19,561 bases of DNA from a virus (taxonomy: Duplodnaviria > Heunggongvirae > Uroviricota > Caudoviricetes), in IMG/VR virus record IMGVR_UViG_2585427752_000010. One strand, written 5' to 3'. The stretch's first letter is position 1, and each line of letters starts with the position of its first letter. Position numbers and translations under genes: made by a program. The notes beneath the pieces were generated by a model. It did no database searches and was not told where the DNA came from. It was given only the letters and a program-made list of their open reading frames with translations. Shown in pieces: positions 13,829-19,561 of this stretch.

Positions 13829-16549
13829 ATGATGGCACAACTGACAGAAAAACAGAAAGCCTATTCCCGTCATCTCGATGAAAAATATGGTTTCCCATCA
13901 GGGACGATGGAAACATTAGTTGGCAATGAATCTAGTGGTAACGGAAGTGCCGAGTCACCGAAAGGAGCTAGAGGATTTGCTCAACTGATGCCCTCAGTAA
14001 TGAGTGATGCTGGTTATCGTGGAACAGATCCGCGCTCACTGCCATTTGAAAAGCAAATGGATATCGCAGCAAACCATCTCAATAAAGGAATGAAGCGATT
14101 TGGTGATATAGGTATGGCATTGGCTGGGTATAATTCTGGCTATGCTCGTATTAATGCCGTAAGAAACGGTAAATCTACACTGCCAGATGAAACGGCTAAT
14201 TACGTAAGTAAATTTGCAGATGCCGGAATAATCCCTGATGACAGTGAAATCTTGCAGTTTGCACAAACCAGTCAACATCGCAATCTTCAGCAGCCTGACT
14301 ACTCAGAGCTTGATAAAGAAATCTCTCAGGTGGGAGATATTTCTGCATGGGAAGCAAAACGTCAGCAATTTAAGAACATAGAAGCAGGACTACCAACAGC
14401 CAGTTCATGGGAGCAGAAAAGAGCTCAGTTTCTCGCCGATGAAAATGCCGGGGAACCGCAGCAGCAAGTAGCCAAGTCTAACCTTAATCCTGAGATGGAA
14501 TATCTTTCGCCAGGACTGAAAGCTGCGCCAGAGCAGATGGCCAGAGGGATTGCTAATATACCGTTTGATGTAATGGACGCAGGCGTGGGGGTAGTCAATG
14601 CGGCGCAATCAGCCGGAGCATGGGCAGCTCAGAAGCTTGGTGTGGGTGATGGCACATACACGCCCATATCACCTGTCTTTCGCCCAGTAGACCAACCTAC
14701 AGATCCATACGCGCAGGCTGGTGAGCAGCTAGCACCTTACCTTATTACAGGATTAGGTGCAGGAAAGGCAGCTACCGCAGCTTCTTCAGTTGCCAACGCT
14801 CCACGTGCTGAACGTGCGGCCACAAAGGTGGCTAGTATGTTGGCAGAAAACCTGCCAGGTACATTGGTGAACGCCCAAAAGAACGGGCAGATCAGCCCAG
14901 AAGACCTAGCAAAAGAGACAGGTATTGGCCTAGCAGGATCGCTAGGAGCACGCGCTTTAATAAAGAGCGGACAGACAGCCAGTGACGTAATGCGAGATGT
15001 ATTGCGGAGTAATACAAATCAATCAGGCCATGTGTTAGGGGCAGCAAATACTCTGGAAACCGCCAATGATGTATCGAAAGCAGCGCGTTCTGCCGTAGGC
15101 CGAGAGCATATCGCATCGCAGGCATCAAACGTCAGAGATGATGTCGCTAAGGCGGCGAAAATTACTGGTATTAATATCAACACCCTGACGCCTGGAATGC
15201 GCTCAGGTAGTCGTGGAATTGCCCAAGCAGAAGGTGTTCTGGCATCAACTCCTGGGAATGTTCAGGATGCTCACCTTACGGCCTTCAATGAAATATCCTC
15301 AAAGTTGAATAAGCAGTTGTCTGATTTCGGTGCTGAGTCTGGAAGCGCATCAGAAAAAAGCGCAGCAATTAAAGAGCGCATCATCGCGAGCCTCAGTGAT
15401 ATGAAAACAGCAGAGAATATGGCATGGGCAGAACTGCGAAGCACGATGCCACGCGAAAGGATGAAAATGAGTAATGGGATGGCTGTCGTCCAAGCAGAAA
15501 AAGCAGCCAATGTTCCACTCAGCCCGGAGATGAAACAGTTTCAGGCTGCCAACAACCAAGGTGGCGGCATAACCTTCGACGGGATGAAGGCATGGCGTGC
15601 TAAGTTTGCTGATGCTGAACAAGCAAACACCCGGGCAGGTAAGGCCAATGCCGCCCGGATTGCCGGAGAAATGCGCAGAGCTATCACTGATGACATGCGC
15701 ATCATGGCTGAAAAAGGAAACTTCCTCACAGAATGGCAGAAAGCTAACGATCTCTCTAAAAGTTACATTATCGCCAAACAAAATGCCGAATCTGTTTTTG
15801 GTCGAGATCTCGCATCAGACGCTATGGTAAGAAAAGGTGCCGATACGCTTAAGGCATCCGCAAACACTGGAACGGGAGCTTTTCACCGTCTTATCTCCGC
15901 GCTGCCGGAAGCAGAACGCCAACCAGCAATAGCATCTATTCTTCAGCATGCTGTGGCGCAGGGAGAGAAGGGAGGAATCGGTGAAGAATCTGGTATCCAG
16001 TATTTTGCCAAGCTCATGACCCAGCAGAATGTAAACGCCATCAGTCGTCATGCGCCAGATCTCGGTAGAATGATGAAAGAGTTCGGTGTACTCGCTAAAG
16101 CCAGCACCAGACCGCAGCGATACGTAGAGCGCACGGGAAGAACAACTGAGGCTCTCAAAACGCTCGATTCAGGCCTTCCAAAGATCGTCGGCGTGATTAT
16201 GAACGGAGTTCAACAGTCAGGTGCGATCGCTGGAGGCTTTGGCGGTGGTGTAATTGGTTCGATTAGTGGTTTGGTTGCTGGTGGCGCGCTGAGAAATACT
16301 GTGGCTAAGATTGGGGCGACAAGAAGTGGTAGATATGCGATAGAGAAAGCCGTTCAGGAAGCTACAAAAGCAGTGCGCGCAGGGGCATCACCAGCAGCGA
16401 TCGCCGCAGCAGAGAAACGATTTTCGGCCAATAAAATTGCCATGAAAGCAATTCGTGATGCCGTTGGGGCTGAAGAATTCGTGAAACTGACAAGGGCCGG
16501 GATTGTAGCTACCCTCAGTGGCATGAAAGATGTTAGCGAATGGGAATAG
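13829..16549 (+). CDS. large protein with N-terminal lytic transglycosylase (SLT) domain and C-terminal Gly-rich hydrophobic segment (906 aa)
   Basis: N-terminal NESSGNGSAESPKGARGFAQLMP fits the SLT catalytic ES...GA.G..QLMP pattern and ALAGYNSGYARI fits the AYN.G motif; long Ala-rich body; near the C-terminus GGFGGGVIGSISGLVAGGAL. Confidence 0.85.
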   Translation: MMAQLTEKQKAYSRHLDEKYGFPSGTMETLVGNESSGNGSAESPKGARGFAQLMPSVMSDAGYRGTDPRSLPFEKQMDIAANHLNKGMKRFGDIGMALAGYNSGYARINAVRNGKSTLPDETANYVSKFADAGIIPDDSEILQFAQTSQHRNLQQPDYSELDKEISQVGDISAWEAKRQQFKNIEAGLPTASSWEQKRAQFLADENAGEPQQQVAKSNLNPEMEYLSPGLKAAPEQMARGIANIPFDVMDAGVGVVNAAQSAGAWAAQKLGVGDGTYTPISPVFRPVDQPTDPYAQAGEQLAPYLITGLGAGKAATAASSVANAPRAERAATKVASMLAENLPGTLVNAQKNGQISPEDLAKETGIGLAGSLGARALIKSGQTASDVMRDVLRSNTNQSGHVLGAANTLETANDVSKAARSAVGREHIASQASNVRDDVAKAAKITGININTLTPGMRSGSRGIAQAEGVLASTPGNVQDAHLTAFNEISSKLNKQLSDFGAESGSASEKSAAIKERIIASLSDMKTAENMAWAELRSTMPRERMKMSNGMAVVQAEKAANVPLSPEMKQFQAANNQGGGITFDGMKAWRAKFADAEQANTRAGKANAARIAGEMRRAITDDMRIMAEKGNFLTEWQKANDLSKSYIIAKQNAESVFGRDLASDAMVRKGADTLKASANTGTGAFHRLISALPEAERQPAIASILQHAVAQGEKGGIGEESGIQYFAKLMTQQNVNAISRHAPDLGRMMKEFGVLAKASTRPQRYVERTGRTTEALKTLDSGLPKIVGVIMNGVQQSGAIAGGFGGGVIGSISGLVAGGALRNTVAKIGATRSGRYAIEKAVQEATKAVRAGASPAAIAAAEKRFSANKIAMKAIRDAVGAEEFVKLTRAGIVATLSGMKDVSEWE

Positions 16550-16699
16550 ACGCTCTAACTAACAAAACCATAATAGCCAAGGACGGCATACTGATATTGA
16601 GCCAACTATCAAAATTCCATATCACATTACGGGCCTGTGGCTTACATTCGCTTACAGTGATGATAATTTATAACCACGCAATTCTTAGGTGAGATTATC

Positions 16700-17398
16700 A
16701 TGATTAAAAATCTTCTTTTAATATTATCCCTGTCATTATTGGCTGGATGCGTACAAAAACCGTTAGTAACGGTCAATGCTTTATCTTCCGGGCAATCTGT
16801 CGGTAAGAAGTTCTTGATCATCCCCGCAAGCCAAGAACTTTGGAACACCAAACAGATTGAATACACTCAAATAGCTACGGTAGTAGCCGCCAGTTTATCA
16901 AGCCAAGGATATACACAAGTTAAAGATGAAAAATTGGCTGACCAGGTAATTCTCTTGAACTTTTTGAGAAGCGGGGCCATTTCAAATACTCGTAATGTAA
17001 CCATCCCAATATACGGGCAAACTGGTGTGAGCTCAGCAACAACGTACGGAAACTCGAACACCACGTTCAATAGTTATGGTGGTGGCTACGGTACAGCTAA
17101 TATCACTGGAACGGCAACAACAGTTTATACGCCTACTTATGGAATTACTGGCGCGTATAACACAACTGTGACGGACACGTTCTACGGCGCAGGGGTGATA
17201 CTCCAGTCGTTTGATGCCAAGGCTTATCTCAATAATAGGCAGATTAATATGTTATGGAAAGTTGGTAGCTCAGTCGTCTCGCAACAGTCTGATGGAATTG
17301 CTGATTACAAGGGGTTGGCGAGAATAGCCGCTAGCTATGCCGGGAAAAATACAGAAGGTGATATAACTTTTAATGTTGACCCTAAAGCACCAAATTAA
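16700..17398 (+). CDS. lipoprotein, Thr/Gly/Tyr-rich (232 aa)
   Basis: Signal peptide MIKNLLLILSLSLLAGC with lipobox LAGC; AGGTGA RBS; mature part rich in T/G/Y/N repeats; lower GC than the upstream operon. Confidence 0.8.
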   Translation: MIKNLLLILSLSLLAGCVQKPLVTVNALSSGQSVGKKFLIIPASQELWNTKQIEYTQIATVVAASLSSQGYTQVKDEKLADQVILLNFLRSGAISNTRNVTIPIYGQTGVSSATTYGNSNTTFNSYGGGYGTANITGTATTVYTPTYGITGAYNTTVTDTFYGAGVILQSFDAKAYLNNRQINMLWKVGSSVVSQQSDGIADYKGLARIAASYAGKNTEGDITFNVDPKAPN

Positions 17399-17405
17399 CT
17401 AATAA

Positions 17406-17427
17406 GCCCGGTACGCCGGGCATTTAT
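17406..17427 (+). terminator. weak terminator-like hairpin after the lipoprotein gene
   Basis: GCCCGG-tacg-CCGGGC perfect 6-bp stem followed by a T-poor tail (ATTTAT). Confidence 0.35.
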
Positions 17428-17562
17428 GCCCCTATTATTCATGAATCGCTTTTTCTAGAAGGTATGCGACAAACGTTAAGTGACATTGCCTACACATTCG
17501 GGGCGGGATTTCAAATCCGCTCCCAGTTGATGGGGTCGTTACAGTACGCGCATATCCGCTTT

Positions 17563-17633
17563 ATGTGAAACAGGAAGATTTTTCTGATATCACTGCCACA
17601 GCAAAACACCAATTTCGTGACCAGTACGCGCAC
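17563..17633. repeat. copy A of a ~70-bp repeat family (copies B at 17838-17867 and C at 19473-19543)
   Basis: A and C align over ~70 bp (ATGTGA.A..GGA.G.TTTTTC.GA.ATCACT ... CAATTTC..GA.CA.TACGCGC) with small indels; B is a shortened copy (CTGATAT-TTTGCGACAAGTACGCGCGCG); a fourth core CAGTACGCGC lies at 17542-17551. Confidence 0.6.
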
Positions 17634-17895
17634 GATGGAGGGGAGTACCATAAAACTGTTCTCTACATAAGTCAGAGTGGTGGTGATGTGTTGATTATCG
17701 GCGTATATGCGCACAGGACGCGCTATGACGATGTTTTATGCGGGTACACCAATCACATGTATCTGGTGTGATAAATCGCGTTACATGACCTCTCATGTTG
17801 TGCTGGTGGTTATCACGACGTTCTGAATCTGGCCTTTGCCTGATATTTTGCGACAAGTACGCGCGCGTAGCATCGACAGCATACACATTGGATAT

Positions 17896-18117
17896 TCATT
17901 TTGTGACCAATGCGATAAGTAGCGGGATAAGAATTGATAAAATCAACAGGCCGATGATCCACTTTTGATTTTCACTGGCCTTATCTCTATTTTCATCAAT
18001 CTTATCAATAATTCGACGCTCCAAGCCGTGCATATCACCGCGAATGGCAATCATCTCATTGCGAACATCCGAGAAGTGGTTGGCTTGATGTTCAATGTGT
18101 GGCGTTCTGCCTTTCAT
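17896..18117 (-). CDS. small tail-anchored membrane protein (XhlA/holin-like topology, tentative), 73 aa
   Basis: ATG at 18117 (minus strand) with GAGGA RBS; charged N-terminal region followed by a single C-terminal hydrophobic helix WIIGLLILSILIPLLIALV. Confidence 0.6.
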   Translation of the reverse strand: MKGRTPHIEHQANHFSDVRNEMIAIRGDMHGLERRIIDKIDENRDKASENQKWIIGLLILSILIPLLIALVTK

Positions 18118-18196
18118 GCCTGATCCTCACCCATCGTCACCACCTGCTGGTGTATAAAGGTATTGGCGCAAGCGGCTTTCCTATGGGCACTCATGT

Positions 18197-18652
18197 TTAT
18201 ACGCTGACCTTACAATCAATCACCGCTTTTAACTTTTCAGCATTGCTTCCCTGACGCTTCCACGCGCTGTAAATATCTTTATCCCACGCTTTACCAGCTT
18301 TTGTTTGATAGCCTGCTTCATTGATCCGTTCAGCTATCACACGCCCATTATCAAATCCCTGTTGGATGGTATCGGCAATGATCTTTATAACTGCCGTTTC
18401 GTTATATGGCTTTGGTGGGATGTTCGGCTTTCCGGCAATAAGCGACGCAGCGGCTTTTTCCATGCGCTCCACCAGCCCAAGCATTCGTGAATCAATAGAC
18501 TTTTCCGGCTGTCTCAGCTTCATGCGAATCGCATCAACAAGCCAGGAGGTTTTATCCCCTCCAGAAGCGAGAACAGACCGATTAAACTCATCCTGCAATT
18601 CAGATGGGATGCGGAACGCGACCAGATTAGATTTGCTCATTGCAAAGACCAT
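18197..18652 (-). CDS. RHH-like DNA-binding protein (151 aa, or 147 aa from the alternative start at 18640)
   Basis: N-terminus SNLVAFRIPSELQDEFNRSVLASGGDKTSWLVDAIRMKL has a strand-helix-helix pattern; no clear SD for either candidate start. Confidence 0.65.
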   Translation of the reverse strand: MVFAMSKSNLVAFRIPSELQDEFNRSVLASGGDKTSWLVDAIRMKLRQPEKSIDSRMLGLVERMEKAAASLIAGKPNIPPKPYNETAVIKIIADTIQQGFDNGRVIAERINEAGYQTKAGKAWDKDIYSAWKRQGSNAEKLKAVIDCKVSV

Positions 18653-18671
18653 ATCAGTGAGTAATATCCAT

Positions 18672-18701
18672 ACAGTATACCACTGTATAACACTGTTATA
18701 C
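18672..18701. promoter_or_regulatory. paired palindromes upstream of the minus-strand RHH-like gene (putative operator)
   Basis: ACAGT-atacc-ACTGT (18672-18686) overlapping a 17-bp palindrome GTATAACA-C-TGTTATAC (18685-18701). Confidence 0.45.
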
Positions 18702-18753
18702 GCTCAAATATCAGCCAGAAAATAACGGACCAATCACAAAGCTATCGCTGTGT

Positions 18754-18875
18754 TGTTGGTTCAGAGCTGGGCTGTGTTGGTTCAAAATGAGTTGATGTTG
18801 GTTCAATATTTCAGAAAAAACACAATAAAAACAACGATCTTTACAAATTGAACCAACTGAACCAACTGAACCAAC
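18754..18875. repeat. phased iteron array: 3 direct TGTTGGTTCA repeats at 21-bp spacing plus 3 tandem inverted TGAACCAAC repeats
   Basis: TGTTGGTTCA at 18754, 18775 and 18796; AT-rich spacer; TGAACCAAC x3 in tandem at 18849-18875, ending 17 nt before a TATAAT (18893-18898) upstream of the PerC-like gene. Confidence 0.65.
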
Positions 18876-18911
18876 ACCTTTTTGCTTATCTATATAATCT
18901 GAGAGGCAGAA

Positions 18912-19199
18912 ATGATAAGGGACAGGAAAGCTGAAGAGCTGGAGTCAAAAGGGCTATACCGGAGAGCTGCCGCACGATGGGCAGAAGTCATGATGCTGGC
19001 AGATGGCGATAAAGAACGTGAACATGCAGCAAACAGACGTTCTGAATGTATCCGTAAGGCGGCACGCCCACCAGCAACTACAGACAGATTCGGAGATTTA
19101 AGACAGGCAGTTAAGCGGACTCATTCGGCTCTTGGTATGGATGAGGAAGCGAGAGGGTACTTCAGGCGTTATCGCGATAAAGATTGCCAGAGACAGTAA
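18912..19199 (+). CDS. PerC-family transcriptional regulator-like protein (95 aa)
   Basis: GAGAGG RBS; N-terminus MIRDRKAEELESKGLYRRAAARWAEVM resembles PerC/Pch regulators of E. coli prophage-like elements (recalled, not searched). Confidence 0.6.
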   Translation: MIRDRKAEELESKGLYRRAAARWAEVMMLADGDKEREHAANRRSECIRKAARPPATTDRFGDLRQAVKRTHSALGMDEEARGYFRRYRDKDCQRQ

Positions 19200-19272
19200 T
19201 GCTCTCTCTGTTTTGGCAAATTACCCCTCACTTTGAAGGGATCGGAGCTATAAAAATGGTTTTAGGTACATT

Positions 19273-19372
19273 CCTCAAATTGAGGATTGTGGGAAAACCA
19301 ATGGGTTAGGCTTTTCCCCCAATGGGGGTTTTCGAAAGAATCAATGGGTTAGTCCATCGTGCAAATTTGCAC
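19273..19372. repeat. cluster of palindromes and direct repeats downstream of the PerC-like gene
   Basis: CCTCAA-A-TTGAGG (19273-19285); CCAATGGGTTAGG-like direct repeats starting at 19298, 19319 and 19341 (21-22 bp phase); perfect 14-bp palindrome GTGCAAATTTGCAC (19359-19372). Confidence 0.55.
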
Positions 19373-19561
19373 CATGCCAGCCAACGCAATTTCTCGTTGG
19401 CGAAAATATCAGGTATTTACTGAACGAACGGTCTACCAGTCTGTTCAGTTACCAGTTGCATATGGCTGTTTCATGTGAGAACGGAGGTTTTTTCGGACAT
19501 CACTATTGGGTACAGCAATTTCACGAGCAATACGCGCGCGCAGGACAACAAGCCTGAACAT

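Noticed and set aside
17500-17526. Intact tRNA gene
   Set aside because: Only a 13-bp palindrome with weak T-arm resemblance; no acceptor stem, anticodon arm or CCA context could be assembled, so no tRNA is called.
17565-17771. 68-aa ORF (GTG start) in the lipoprotein-downstream intergenic region
   Set aside because: No ATG or SD; it overlaps repeat copy A, and its paralogous copies differ by frame-breaking indels, so the similarity is at nucleotide level rather than protein level.
4197-17804. Chi sites (GCTGGTGG) at 4197-4204 and 17797-17804
   Set aside because: Chi octamers occur at roughly this frequency throughout enterobacterial genomes; no evidence of special significance here.
18672-18701. 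Possible LexA box upstream of the minus-strand RHH-like gene
   Set aside because: The palindromes are ACAGT-N5-ACTGT and GTATAACA-C-TGTTATAC, not the CTGT-N8-ACAG arrangement; more likely an operator for the adjacent RHH-like protein.
1-19561. Insertion sequence or transposase, toxin-antitoxin of known families, restriction-modification or other named defence systems
   Set aside because: No transposase-like ORF or terminal inverted repeats, and no nuclease, methyltransferase or ATPase motifs outside the primase were recognisable by eye; absence is provisional without a domain search.

Overview
This window looks like the integrase-proximal ~19.5 kb of a P4-family (CP4-57/PICI-like) integrative element from an enterobacterium; all calls are from reading the sequence, with no database search run. 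The backbone is on the + strand: a P4-type tyrosine integrase at the left edge, an AT-rich orphan gene, an AlpA-family regulator, an antirepressor-like gene, a run of small translationally coupled genes, and a P4-alpha-like primase-helicase followed by two iteron clusters. The most interesting cargo is a tightly packed five-gene operon at 11203-16549, preceded by a LexA-box-like site and followed by a 232-aa lipoprotein gene. It encodes a small RHH-like protein, a 153-aa protein, a Gly/Ala/Gln-rich glycine-zipper protein, a Gln-rich 437-aa protein and a 906-aa protein with an N-terminal lytic transglycosylase domain. Its order and composition resemble a podovirus internal-virion (ejectosome) cassette, yet no capsid, portal or terminase genes are present. 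The right end (17.4-19.6 kb) is repeat-rich, with a minus-strand RHH-like/small membrane protein pair, phased iterons and a PerC-like regulator gene. I found no rRNA, complete tRNA, CRISPR array or transposase.
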